NCBI GenBank assembly: GCA_043815445.1
Contig: JBDRIY010000058.1
Location: 16,403-80,402, forward strand
Source: Candidatus Omnitrophota bacterium
GTDB taxonomy: Bacteria > Omnitrophota > Gorgyraeia > Duberdicusellales > 4484-171
Length of the DNA: 64,000 nt
Direction of reading: 5' to 3'
The stretch's first letter is position 1. Each line of letters opens with the position of its first letter. The notes beneath the pieces were generated by a model that ran no database searches, was not told the DNA's origin, and worked only from the letters and a program-made list of their open reading frames with translations. The translations under genes and the position numbers were made by a program. Positions 20,192 to 33,800 of the stretch are shown here, piece by piece.

Positions 20192-23100
20192 ACTAACAAG
20201 ATGTTCTTCATAACCTCTCTCATTCTCTAAAAAGAAAACCACAGGCGAACTTCTTAATCCCTTTATGCGAGATAAGAGTTTATTATAAGGTTCTATAGGA
20301 TCATGCGGTACACATGAATCTGGAGAAAGGCCTTGCCTTAATGTTTCATCAGTTAAGGCATCCCGTATAATATTAAACACTTCTTCTAATAGTACCTTTA
20401 GGAGATCACTCTCAATAACGGCCTTAATCTTACTATCTCTAACCAACATAGCAACTTGAAATGAATTTTGAATATAGCTATATACCTCCCATGTAAATTC
20501 ATCGATTTGATTAGAATACTTAGTCAGTTCGCATGACTTATCGCCTTTCTGCATTGTAACCGTAACGCCATATTCTCTATTAAACATTGTAACTAAATCA
20601 TACAATACTCCTAAGGGCCTCATATGAAGGTCATATGCTAAGTCAACTTCCCCTGTATATAAATTATTATTAGTATTTTTCTTAGGTAAGAACTCAATAT
20701 CTTCTTTCTTCACCGCACTACTACCCCCCTCAAACCCCTCTATTTCCCCGTCTAAGATCTTAACTCCCTTTTTGGTGATTAAGATGGTTCTTTCCTCCCG
20801 GACGCCGGCTATTAGCAGTTCTATGGTTATTACCATTCCTGGCTTGATTTCTTCTACTTTCTCTAAAGAATACTGATGGCCGGCAAGGCCGGTGCCGTGG
20901 CCCCAGGCTAAGAAGGAGATGTAATATTTAAGGTAAGGGCTGTATTTGGGGCTTGTTTCTAACATTCGCAGGGCTTTTTCTTTAGCGAGGTTAACTTGGC
21001 TATAGGTAACTGTTCCTTGTTTTCTTATTCCTTCCTCTATCGCCTCATAGCAGACACTAAAAAGAAATACTGACATCTCCCGCATAGTTTTATATTTTTG
21101 ATAAAGAGGGTATTTTTTATCAGTAGGCAGAGGTATTTTTCCTACCCACCACGATTCACTGCGGTCATCATTAAATCCGTTCTTTTTAGCGCCCCAGTCT
21201 GTAACAACAATATCTCCGCTTAAGTCTATTTCTGTATCATCCGGCTCACTTTCTGTAATACTTCTTATTTCCTGGCCTATTCTTTCTACTTTCCTATAAT
21301 CCGCGGCAGACAATTCTACTGCTTTGCCTATTCGATTATAAGAGCCTGTAATTTTCTCTTTTTCATCAACCAAACTCATAATCCGCTCAATGTCAGCGCC
21401 GTTTAAGATAGTAACAGGAGACTCTCCGTCTTCAAAGCTTACGCATCCAGCGCCTTTAGCCGCGGCTAATTCCAAAGAAATATCTTTTATCTGACGTTTA
21501 GTTATTTTACTCCCGGGCTTTTTAGCCATATCTTCAACTATTTGCTGAGTCTTTTCTCCGGCTAATTTTCTTATATTCCCAACCTCTTCTATGCCTTTAA
21601 TTGTTTCTTGAGAGTTAACAACATCTTCTTCTTGCTTTTCAACAGATTCAGCTTTGTGCCTACCCCCAAACTCCTCCTGATACAAACGCTTAGCTTGATT
21701 TTGGAGGCTTCCTCCGGAAATTACTGTGTAACGCTGATAAATACGCCGGGTCATTGTTTTAATTGACATTCGACTCAAGCCGCGCCAACCCCACCAGCCC
21801 CTAAAAGGAGTAATTGCTGTTCCCATCATTGGAGATAACAGCCGCTCATAAAGGTTCTTGGACTGCCTTATGTTTTTATCTTTCTTAGCCAAACGCTTAA
21901 CCCAGGCTATACCAAAAACCTGAGCTGCTACTTCATTAAAATCATGGCCAGCCCCAATAGATAAGCTATTAACTCCTAATCTTTTAGCCAAGCAATCCAA
22001 AATAATATGGAAGTTCTCGTGAGGAGTATCAAACTGAACTAAAGTCTCGTCATCTATGCGATAAAACTTCTCGCCTTGATAATCCTCATTAACCCTGCGG
22101 CCGTCTTTATCTAAAGCTAAATGGTCGCGATAGCCGATATTAGCCGCGGAAATATAAATAATATATTTCCCCTCTTTCTCGCTGTATTCTACCTGCTCGC
22201 GGCCGTTATCCCATATTTCCGGCATAAGCCCGGGTAGAACAATTTCTACCCGGAATTTCATTTCATCTAATAAATCCTCTAATTTAACATTTTGGCTGCG
22301 GGCTTTTTGAGCAAGCTGGCCTAACATCCGCGGAACTAACAAATAATGTTTATTATCTTTATCAGCTATTTTCTTATCAGTGTATTGTTCACTTTCTTGC
22401 ATTACCTCCCCTAAAAACTCATAAACATCTTCCTTGCTTTTTAAGCTACTCTTAATACCCTCTAATTGCTTAAAAATATATCCCTCTAACTTTTGCTTTA
22501 TTTCCTTATTAAGCCAAGCTTGAGGATTTATAGACATAAGCAAAGACCCTATAGTTTGCTGAGCCCGGGCCGCAATCATCCGCGGCCTGTCTTTTAACTT
22601 TTTCCAAGAAGGATCATCTTTATTAACTGTCTGGCGCATAGAAATACTCTTAACGGTTTGGTCAAAAAGAGGCAGAATTTTATTTTTAAGTTTATCTACC
22701 ACAGCCTCAATTTCTTCTATTTTTACCTCACACTGTTGAGGTGTTGCCCAATCCTGCCAAACATCATCTGTTTTCAAAGCTTCAGCTTTATCAATCATTT
22801 CTTCTATTAAATAGCGGTAGGCGTCCATTTTAATCATAAAATCATCGCCATAAACAGCCTCAATATCAAACATCCTCTGCTTTAAACAAGCTAAAAGCGA
22901 AGAAATCTTATACTCAGGAACAAGGTGTTCCTGTTCTAAAGGAGTAACCTCATAAGAAATTTCTCCCTTATCAAGTTGTTTAATCCGCGCCTCCATTCGT
23001 AAACCTATTGGCTCAGCCTCGTTGTTATCCCCAGAACTATAAGCATTCTCAAAAAAGTCCGTATGCGCGACTTTTTTAGAAGCATACCTTTTCTTAGCCT

Positions 23101-26100
23101 CTTTAAATAATTTCTTCTTCTCTTTTTTGCTTAACATTTTAGCCTGAGGCTGGCTTATAGGCTTTTCCCGGCCAAAATTAATTCGCGGGTATTTTAAAAG
23201 ATATCCTTTAGTATATATATAAGGTAAGGAAGTTAAATTCATCTTCTTAGCTTTTTTGCCGTTACGCCGCTCATATTCAACGCTGACAATATAGTCAAAA
23301 ATGCCAAAACGCCGCTTCTTCCTAAAAGTAAGCTTGCGGTCGTCACAAGGCAAAGGAACTTCAAAAGTATTGCCTTGTTTAAAATCTATTTTTATCTGCT
23401 TACCTTCCGGAGTCATCATCCAGAGATTATGCTCTTTATCATAATAAATATCAGCCAGCCGGCTTTGTTCTTTTTTCTCATTTTTCTGCTTTTCAGTATC
23501 AGCTACCATCCAATATTTTATCGGGCTGATCTTTTGAACTGCTTGCGCCGACTGCATAGCGATATTAATAGAAACCCTTTTTCCGGAAACTACTTCAGGA
23601 AAATCCTCAGGAGAAAGCCTTTCTAAATGAGCAATAAACCATTCCGGATCTAAACAATCATCAAATCCGCCCTGTTTCTCTGACCTATTTCCCAAAAATT
23701 CAAATTCTTTCATTGCGCTTACCTGGCGTTTTAAATTTAAAACTGTCTGGCGCCAATGCTCAATACTTTGATTTCCCGTGCCTAAATTCAATAAATTAAT
23801 ACCTTTACGCTGACTGGCTATCTGACTAACAGCATTATCCTGATCAAAAATATACTCTAACTGCCTCAGCATATTTTCAATTAAAGTAACTAAAACCTTA
23901 GCCGGCCTTTCTTTACCGCAGGCAGTAAAAATAGCCGACATCACCTCATTTTGTTTTTCTAAAGCCTGTTTAATTTCCTGAATTTTATCTAAATCTTTTC
24001 CCTTGAGCTCCCATTGCCTGATGATTGCGTTTAAAATATTAACCGGCCGGTTCCATACTGAAAAATTCAACTCGCTCCAGTTATTATTCTGACTCAACCG
24101 CTTTTGGCGATATTGAGCGTTGTTAATTATCTCATCTATGGTAGTAGGAATTATTTTTTCCTCGCCAAAACCTTCACCAGTAAGAATCAGCTTGCTAATT
24201 CTCCTTAAATTACGAAGGCGGTGAAGTGCCTGTTTTAAATCTCTGGTAGGAGTATATTTGTTGAATAAAAACACTGCTTCAATTCCCTCCTGGCCTAACA
24301 TTGTCTGGTCTGTTCCGCTATTTGCTCCCCGAGAGTCATAAGCTAAAACCCGCTGGCCTTGGCTTAAGCGCTTAAGAATCTGTTCCTGGGCTTCTGTTTC
24401 CGGAGACCTGGCTTTCTTAAAGAACCAACCGCTATAAGGCTTGATTAATTTTGGACTGCCAACTAATTCTTCTCTTTCTACCTTCTGACAAGTAACAACT
24501 CCTTGGGGCTCAAAAGTATAAAGCCAGCCATCATCAATAATCTTGGCTAAAACTTTCTTAGTATATAAAACATCATCTTGTTTTTTCCTTCCTGGCCGGC
24601 CGTCAATAATTACTTTAGCTTCTCCCAGTTCATAGCTTAAATACTCCAAACTGTCTAAAGCTGTGATTGGCTTGCCTGCTAACATTTCTCTTAAATCCTG
24701 ATTTTCACCCTGAAGTTCAATGTTAAACTGTTTTTTCCGGAATTCTAATTCTTCCTCTACTACATTAAGAGAAAGTAAAATCAGCTTGCGGGCCTGCTGG
24801 CTGTAATACTGAAGAACCTGGGTAGAAGCAACACTATCAGTGCTTTTCAAACTAGAAGGAATCTTAGCGATAATAGCGTAACCTAAAGAATAAACTACGC
24901 TGACAAAGCCCCTTCTAAACCTGCTCCAATCCTTACAAGAATAATTCAGAGCTCTCATAGATGTAATTAACTCTGAAGATAAAGCATGCTTATAACTTTT
25001 AGATACTACGTTATTTCCGGTTCCGTCATTAAGCCTTAACTCAAAATCTCTTTTCTTATTGTCTAAGGTATATCCTTGATAATGGCTGTTTTGATAAACA
25101 TAAACTTTCAGGGCAATAAGAAAATCAGCTAATTTTTTCTGCTGTTTTTCGTCAAAAATACTTAGTAACTGCTGGCTGAAAATATTTTTTTCTCTGGCCG
25201 CGGCTGTCTCCAGCTCATCAGCCCGAGAATGAGGCTGAGCTCCAAACCGGCTGGAATGAATCTTGAAAAAATCCCAGGCAAAATCAATAATTACTCCTCG
25301 GGGAATTTCTAAATTAGAGACATTTCCCTCAGCTTTATCTAAAGCGTCTTCAATCCATTTTTTATCCATTTGAGAATGAATATACCAGAGCATTTTATAC
25401 ATCTTATACCCTTCAATAGACGAAGAGCCTTTTACTTTAGCTTTCCACCAAAGGTTATACCAAGGAGTCTTGCGCCCGGTAGCTAAAGGAGGCGCGGATA
25501 TAGCGTCGGTTCCTTCATCCCAAATAAGCAAAGCTGGAAGCGTATCAATATTTCCGCAAACAGCATCAAAACACTGGCGCAGTTCATCCTGGTCAAGAAT
25601 CTTCAAACCGCTTATCTGAGGAAAAGCGGTTATAAGCCGGATAAACTTCTGTTTAGCCACATTATCCTTAACCACAACCCCCATATCTGAAGGAGCCAAT
25701 CCTGCCCGAGCGCTAATCCAATCCGCCATTAACACCGAAGTTGTAGATTTTCCAATCCCTCCTTCAGCAATAAGCGTCTGGATATTGGCCCTGCCGCTAT
25801 CTATAGCCGCGAATAAATTCTCATAAAATTCCTCTTGTTTTTTAGTATTATCGGCCTTACGCCGGGAAATCAACCCCATCTGCGCGGCCCGGCTCACTCG
25901 TCTGCTTGCTTCTTCACCAAATTCTTCCTTGCTAAAATCAGGAGGGATATTGTGAGAGGCCTTGAAGTTATTGAGAAAAGATTGCGAAGAACTGTTAAAA
26001 CTATAACTATTTAAAAAGCCGCGGCAAATAACTAAAATAACTATTATAAAAACAGTAAGCCAAAATATCTGGTCAAATAACCCTAACCCCCCTGGCGGCC

Positions 26101-29100
26101 CCTGCTTCAGGTTTGCCCCAATCCCAGCTCTGAGAAGCCTTTGTAGGGAAAAAAGGATATTGCTATTAGCGGCGGTAATTCCCCAGGGGATAAGTAAGGC
26201 TCCGTGAAGTTTGCTTTTTTGAAAATTCTTAGGACAAATTGGTTCTATCCTCTTAAGTTCTACCTCCGCCTTAACAGCATATAATATTGAGTCAGGTATG
26301 TTATGCCTTTTCGTTATGCGATCAGCTTCCGCCATAACTGCCTCTAATAACTTTCCTTTATTACCATCAGAATCTTGTGAGGCTATGGCAGTATTGCATT
26401 GAGCCTCTATCCTCACTAAGTCTTCCTTTATTGCGTCTATTTGCTCCAATAAGCGTTGAATTTGCTTATATTCATTCTTACATAAAGTATTATTTAAAAT
26501 ATCAAGGGCTTTACTCCATAGCCCATTTTTTAAATACTGCTCGGCTAACTTTATCCTTAAAATAACAATACTGCCTTTGCCCTGTTTTAAATCTCTTTCA
26601 ACCCTTGTTCTTTTTCTTGTTTTAGGCTGGCTAGCGCTGGGATTAACACTTCCTGTTTTCTTCATTAGCCCATCAAGAATCTCCTTAGCTTTATCTAAAC
26701 TTTCATTACTTTGTTTTTTTAAATATTGCTCAACTTGTTCTATTGTTTTTTCTAAATGCTGGATTTTTTCAATAAAAGAGCCTTCACCTCCGCAAGTTCT
26801 AACAAACTCCTTATCCCAGTTTTTTAATAAACATTTTAACTTTTCTGCTTGTTGTGATAAAATTTTAAACTGCGGGTCAATTTCTTGTTTTTCTTTATTT
26901 TGGTTTAGATATTGTAGAATAATATTATTAGCTTTCTCTACATTACCTTTATACAAATAATCTTTAACTCTCTTGGCATCACCTGCCCTAATACGTAATT
27001 TATTAAATTCCGGATTATCCATATCGCCTAATAGCTCAAGAACTTGAGTATAATTACCTTTTAAATATTCTATTTTTGCTTTTTTATAGTTTGTGATATC
27101 GTTTTGAATATGCCGCATTTCTCGAGGTATTTTTCCTTGAAATTTATTATTTAATATAGTAAGAACTGAATCAATCTTACCTCGAGTATAGTCTTCTAAC
27201 ATTTGCTTAATACTTTTATCCAAACTGTTTGCTTCCTTAATTATTTCATTAACTATAGCTCTTAATTTCGTAAATTCATACAAACAAGGAGATAATTTAT
27301 CTAAGAAATTTTCTGCTAATTGCTTTGCTTCCTTATAATTGCCTTTTGTCAAATTATCTTCCGCGCTCACAAGACTTACCCATAAACTCTCTGTTTCTAT
27401 ATTGCCGGCTTTAGCTAACTCTCTTAGGAATAAGATCTCATCATCCCTATCCATGTGAACCACTAGCTCCAATAAAGCATACCCCATTTCACTAATCTGT
27501 CCCGCCTGCCTAAAACCGCTTATATCCTCATCACCACAGAAAATTAGCTTAACCTTGTTTTTAACCCTGTTGTATATCACATCATCACCCCAATATCTTA
27601 AAATCTTCATAGCTGTCTTTTGCGCCTTTTCCAAAACAACAGCATTTACCTTCTTATCTTCCCCAAAAATACCCTCCCTTAAGACAATATCAACCATAAA
27701 AAAAGCCATTTCCTTTTTGAATTTCGTGTTATTATACCGGGACGCGTCAATGAATCCCTTTACCAAATCTAAAACATAAACTTCCTCCTCAGCCAAAGCT
27801 AAAAAAGCTAAGAAAGAGATTCTCTCTTTATCTTTTATTCTTTGAGAACCTATTATTTTAAGAATCCAAACAAAATAATCCATTCGGTAAAAATCAACTG
27901 TTTCCCCATCAAATTCTTGCTCCAACCGCGAAGCTTTCTCAAAATATTTCACGCTTTCCCTGCCCTTGCCTGTTGAAAACAGGTAAAGAGCTTGAAGGCA
28001 GTTATATTCTATTAAGAACATCTTTTTATGATAACTATCCTCATCACTATTCCCCGAAGTATAATCTTTCTTTGACTTAGAAAACGGAATACGGAGAAAG
28101 CTTTGTTTTTGCGGTATTTGGATATTACAACTTGCTTCCTTATGTAAAGTTTCTAACTCATCAATGGTAGTTTGAATATCCGCGTTATTACTTTCCCCAT
28201 CAAATATCCGCGTAAAGGTAAACTGCAGCCTCACTATAGCAATTATGTACTTATTACTTTTTACTTCCGGCCGCCCAATTGATTCTTGGTAACACCTATG
28301 AGCACCACTATGCTTACCAAGAAACCCATACAAATACATTTTTTTTATCCAAAGAAAACTTCCATCCCAAAACTTTAAAGTGTAATCGCAAACCTTGATT
28401 ATTTCGTTTACCATTTCTGAATTAATTTGAATTATATACATGTAGGCATCAACCAGCTTATTACTAATCATATAAATAGTTTTCTTATGCTGATTAAGCT
28501 CTTTCTCAATATACCCCTCTTCTTCTGATTTTAAACTTTCTATGAATTTACAGGATAGAGCTTCTATCAATTTTTTCTCATCTTGTTCAAGGCGGCCTCT
28601 TAACTGTATATCTATATCCTCTACTTTCGCGCGCTGTTTTAGCTGATAAGACAATGACAGCAAAAAAGAAATTCTAAAATCATAGGCTTTTTCAAAAAAT
28701 GCTATGGATTTAGAAAAATCAAGTATTTGAAAATAATAATCACCCATAAATAAATTCATGGAAACAATCCCATTAAATATTTTTAAAAATAAATCATAAT
28801 CCCCCTGCCAAATACTCTTTTGTTTCCTATCCATCAGGCTCAATATTCTCTCGCGAGCCTCCTCTAACATATACGGAAAATCTTCAGCTAACCATGCCTG
28901 CGCCCGCAAAGAAAGTTTGTCAAACCTATCTAAATTTAAAAGAAGCTCATCGATTACCACAATAAACTCTTCAATAGCTTGTTCTCTTTTCCTTATAATA
29001 TCTTTATTCTTTAAAACTACCCCTTTTGCAAAATCAAAACGCTTAACATTCTTATAAAACTTCTCTTTATACGCCTCCGCTTCCTCATTAGCCAACGCCT

Positions 29101-30100
29101 TCTCCTCAGCGTAACCGCTCCCACTATTTATTATAGCCAACATAGCCAAAAACGCCGCGCCCAGCAAAACCATCCCCCACAACCCCTCTAGCCCTCCCTT
29201 TTCCAACGTCTGCAGCAAATCCTTTAATCCTCGCGCCGAAGCAGGAAACGCAAAAAACAACACTCCCAATCCAACAAAGACCAACACCACCCCCGCGAAT
29301 TTCAACCAATGGTTTTCAGTTTTTAGGCTGTGGGCTTTCCACACTGTCCAGACCAACCATGTTGCTAAGATAAAAACTAACATTATTAAGAAAGGCTGAG
29401 CGATTTCGAGAAAAACAGAAAATCCTGTGGGAATAACTGCGATTGAAGATTTTTCTTTTAAGCAATTATCTTTAATAAGTTGCGGATTCTTTAATTTTCC
29501 TATGCGGGAAAGTAAATTATTGTAATGTTTTGTAATACTTTTAACAGATTCTCCCCAAGGATCAACCCCATTTTTTAATACTATATCTGTTAAAGCATCA
29601 TGAAAAATATTAAAGGCCTCTTTTAACTTCCATTGCGAAACATTACCTTCAAGAACAACTTCAACCTCAGTTTTACTATGAAGAATTATCGCAACCAGGT
29701 TCTGCTGAATCTCAAACACTTGTGTATGCCAAGATAAACATTCGCCCAAAATACATGACCTGCCATCTTTCTCTATCTTAACCGTAACCCCACACTCTTC
29801 TTTAAGCTTCTTAGCTAAATTGAACAATACTCCTGAAGGCCTTTCATGTAACCGATAACCCAACTTTACCTTTTCTCTATAAACATTCTCTTTCTTCAAG
29901 CCGCCATTTGTTATAGTCGATACAGCCAAAACCAAACCCATAAATAAAATAATCCCTAACAGCCCTTCTAAGCTTTTTCCTTCCGGCGCCAGCAGTAGAC
30001 ACTTTAACCCCCACGCCGAGACAGAAGACACAGAGAGCAAGATTCCTAAGCAGATAAAGGATAATATTATGCCAGCGGGTTTTAGGTAAAACTTCCTATC
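20192..30100 (-). CDS. Giant protein (~3300 aa). It has N-terminal TM helices, a TPR-like helical repeat region, a P-loop NTPase (Walker A GGIGKST, Walker B LLIWDEGTD) and a C-terminal M24-peptidase-like (creatinase/prolidase fold) domain. The N-terminal ~230 aa resemble its own C-terminal ~100 aa, which I treat as a module-boundary domain.
   Basis: The phase-2 stop (TAG) is at 20194-20192. Phase 2 was verified open at 21601-21660, 23041-23100, 25741-25800 and 27001-27060. The Walker A is encoded at ~25755-25785. GHGTGLAGHQ...PGMVITIE (M24 metal-ligand motifs) is at ~20830-20900. An internal ATG is at 29383. The frame continues upstream without an ATG to ~30100, so the start is approximate. 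Confidence 0.5.
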
Positions 30101-30101
30101 C

Positions 30102-30130
30102 TTGACACGCTTTTTAAGAAATGGTATAGT
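30102..30130 (+). promoter_or_regulatory. Sigma-70-type promoter TTGACA-17 nt-TATAGT for antitoxin copy B2. It is near-identical to 11040-11068.
   Basis: TTGACA 30102-30107, TATAGT 30125-30130, RBS AAAGGAGG 30173-30180. Confidence 0.5.
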
Positions 30131-30190
30131 TGAGTTGATGAATCTTGTTAGAAATATAATTTTTAACAGGGCAAAAAGGAGGCGTTTAAT

Positions 30191-30439
30191 ATGGCTAAAA
30201 TTACTATTGACCTTAAACCAAAACAGATAGAAGAAGCTTTTCAAAAACTTTCTATTCAAGAAAAACTTCGCCTTACTAGGGAGTTTGAAAGACTTACCCG
30301 GCGTTTCCGATGGGATAGTCTTATTACTAAAGTCAGAACCCGCGCTAAAAAATACCCCCTTCCCCAAAAAGAAATAAACCGAATATGCAAAGAAACTCGT
30401 AAAGAACTTTATGAAAGAAGAACTAATCGCAGTAATTGA
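30191..30439 (+). CDS. Antitoxin-like small protein, subtype B (copy B2).
   Basis: MAKITIDLKPKQIEEAFQKLSIQEKLRLTREFERLTRRFRWDSLITKVRTRAKKYPLPQKEINRICKETRKELYERRTNRSN. It overlaps the PIN start by 29 nt. Confidence 0.75.
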   Translation: MAKITIDLKPKQIEEAFQKLSIQEKLRLTREFERLTRRFRWDSLITKVRTRAKKYPLPQKEINRICKETRKELYERRTNRSN

Positions 30440-30833
30440 TACTAATATATTTACCAGCATATTAATTGCTAAAAGTAGTACCTTTTCTAAAATATTTGAA
30501 GCTTTTGTCGACGGCGTATTCACTCCTGTTTTATCTCTGCCTTTATATTCTGAAATTATAGAAGTTATCCAACGTGAGAAATTTAAAAAATACTTTGAAA
30601 AAGAAAATATTACTAAATTAAAAGAATTGCTTAAAAATGACGCGATTTTTGTTACTCCTTCTTTAAAAATTGACCTCTGCCGAGACCCCGCAGACAACAT
30701 AATCTTAGAAACCGCCATAACCGCTAAAGCTAATATTATCGTAACCGGCGATAAAGACCTGCTAACTATAAAAACCATCCACAAAATCCCTATTATCACC
30801 CCAAAAGAATTTTTAAAATACCTAAAGAAATAA
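30411..30833 (+). CDS. PIN-domain ribonuclease toxin (140 aa).
   Basis: MKEELIAVIDTNIFTSILIAKSS...LCRDPADNIILETAITAKANIIVTGDKDLL is full length. It is a paralog of 14604-15017. Confidence 0.8.
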   Translation: MKEELIAVIDTNIFTSILIAKSSTFSKIFEAFVDGVFTPVLSLPLYSEIIEVIQREKFKKYFEKENITKLKELLKNDAIFVTPSLKIDLCRDPADNIILETAITAKANIIVTGDKDLLTIKTIHKIPIITPKEFLKYLKK

Positions 30834-30859
30834 TTCTCTTTTTTAATAAGTTCAAGTTT

Positions 30860-33800
30860 ACGCGAGATAGAAGAGTTTTTATGGCGGGTGTAAAAGAAGA
30901 GAAAAAGGGTTAAACTAACAACTAATAACACTAACGGCGGACCGCAATGCCGCGCGGATGAAAAACCTCCCCGCAAAAACCTTTGAAAAAAAAGAAAAAT
31001 ATCAGAATTAAAAATAAATACCCCTGTGGACAAATTAAAGCCGTTATTTTTATTACAACGCCGCTGTCTGTCTCCATTTTTGTCAGTTTTCTTTTCTTCC
31101 TCATTTAAAACCTTCTCAATATAAATGGCTTGTTTCTCAACAGGATAACTTCTCTTTAACTGGCAGTTTTTAAACACTTCCAAAAGATGAAAAGCGTCAA
31201 AAGAATATTGCCTACCTCCAGAATCAGAGACTATTACCTTCCAACGCCATATACCAGGACTCACTTCCACTTCAGCTAACTTATAACCATCGTTTAAATG
31301 AATCTTATCGTATAATGCCTGCCTTAAAACACCGGGATCAAACTTCCAGATTTTTCTATCCAGGATTTTTCTCCACACACAACTTTCCCTAAAATGCTTG
31401 AAATAATTCATACGGATATTTTCTGCACTCGCTAGTCCTTCATAATCACTACCGTCTGAAGATGTAATCTTATTACATCCCAACTCCTGTGCGCTTCGTT
31501 TTAAATGTTCAATTGCCTCAGTCCACTTAAGGAAAATAGGATAGTTTTGTCTAAAACTACTGCCTTGAGAGACATAGGTTAAACACCGGTTATGCTGACT
31601 AAAAATAATATGCAATTCCTGTAATCCTTCTACATCGTATCCTTTATAATTAAAACCTATATAACCTAAGCTTCCCGGGTTCGGACATGAGCTACGATAA
31701 CTATTTGACAAAGGACCTCTGCTTATCGTTCGATTACAAGGAAAAACTTCAATAGTTATCCTATCAATACTATAGTGACGCAGACTAAAAAAACATTCTT
31801 CTTTCAAACCGTCTTTTTCTAAAACCATCTGATAGTGAACTCCTGTTAAACTATCTACTAAATAATTTTTATATCTCTCGGTAAATATTTTCTCCAACGC
31901 TAAAATTATACTTCGCTTACTATAAAAATCCTCCCTTCGCAGACGGACAGAATCAAGCCAAAAGAATTTCGGCTTCATCAGTGCCGGAAGAACCTTACTC
32001 AAATTAAACTCGATCTCTCTATTATCTTTCGACAAGAAATACAAAAACCAACTTTCTCTCTTATGCACAAACTTAAAAGGAATTTCATCAAATCCCAAAA
32101 ATCGCATCTCTTTAGGCCTCAAACTCTCAAAAAAAGAGAAGAAAACAGCTTTCACTTGTTTCTCCTTCATATTTCTCAAGTCCAACTTATGCCTTTTCAA
32201 AAAACGAACCGATACTATAGCTTTAGCTGAAATAATAACATCTTTCTTATCAAAAAATCTACAAATTTTACTAAAACTATCGCGAGGCGCCCAAGGAAGA
32301 ATACTAAATGGAGAATAAGTATTCCCTTCTTCAGCATACCAACGATTCTTGCGGTCATATCTAATAAAAATAGATCTGTAGACAAACTCATCGCAGCTAT
32401 AAAATAATTCTATGCTGTTCACGTAAGAATCATTTGCCGGCAAAACCGCCCAAGAATAAAGAAAAGGCTTACCGCTAATCCGCTTTTCCCACCAAAAATT
32501 GTAAATTACAGCTAAAGCTATTTTTAAATTCAATTCCCCTTGCAACAAACCTGCCTTACAAAAAACACCTGCTACTTCTTCATAAGGAAGAATAACAGAT
32601 AATGCCCGCACCAAAGAATTATCTCCTAAACCCGTTGATTGCCAAAAGAAAAAAGGCGAAGAGATTGTGTCCCTGAATTTCCTTTTTTTCTCCTTAAAAT
32701 TTTCTATTAATTGTTTAAAAAAAGGCCGGTTTTTAAAAAACAGGATTAAAAAAACAATCCCTGCAAGAAAAATTAAGATAATCTTTCCATATGAAACACC
32801 CCCCGGCGGAATGAGTAAACCCCCGCAAAGTTTAATTTTTTGATAATTCTTAAGATGCGTTGATTCTATCTTCTTACTTTTCCTCTTTTTATCATCATTC
32901 TGATCCTTTACCTGGAATGAGAGAATACTCCTTAAGAAACTTTTCTCAAACATAGATAATTTAACGAAAATGATAACTGCCTCATCAGTTATTTCAAAAG
33001 TTACATTATGCCTGTCGATTCTACTCAGTAATTTTCTTACATCTTCATTAGAAGGCCTTTCTCTATTTTTACAAATCTCTTGTTGTGGATCAGAACAAGT
33101 CTCCCAACAATTTTTTTCTGAATCAACCCAATGGGCATTATAATCAGGAATACCCCAAAGAATACATCGCGCGCAGGAAGAACGTCTTACTAAAGGTATA
33201 GTTAAACTTAATTCTTTATATGCTCTAATAATTCTTTCTTTAAGCACTTCGGGTAAATACTTTTTATAATCATCCGTTTCATAGGTAGGTATTTTTATGT
33301 TGTGTCTTTGTAGATGAAGCCTTTCTTCATCAGAAAGACTAATCCCTCCTACAAGTATAGAATCAACCTCTGTTTCTTTAGCTATACGAAGAACCTCCCG
33401 GATGCTCTCTTCTGAATCATTCTGTCCTAAAATTATGGGCCTAAAAAACAATATTGACTTGACTCCAAGTTTTTTTAAAAGCTTAATTGACTCCCTAGTT
33501 TTAGAAGAATCTGACAATGGCTCTACTTTAGTAGGCATATTAGAAAAAGTACAACCAATATGTAATCTCACATTTTTGAATTGCGCTAATCTTTCAACAT
33601 CCTTTTGCTTTAAGGACGTCTTGGTTATCACACTTACCAGATTTTTAAGCCCCAATCCATCAAGTATCTCTAAGATAGCAAATGTACACTCTTTAGTTCG
33701 CGTCAAAAGCGGGTCTGTTTTTGAAATCTGTAATCCGAGAGGGGTATAATCGGGAATGAAAAGTGGATGGTTAAATAGCTCTATAATTGTTTCTAAATCA

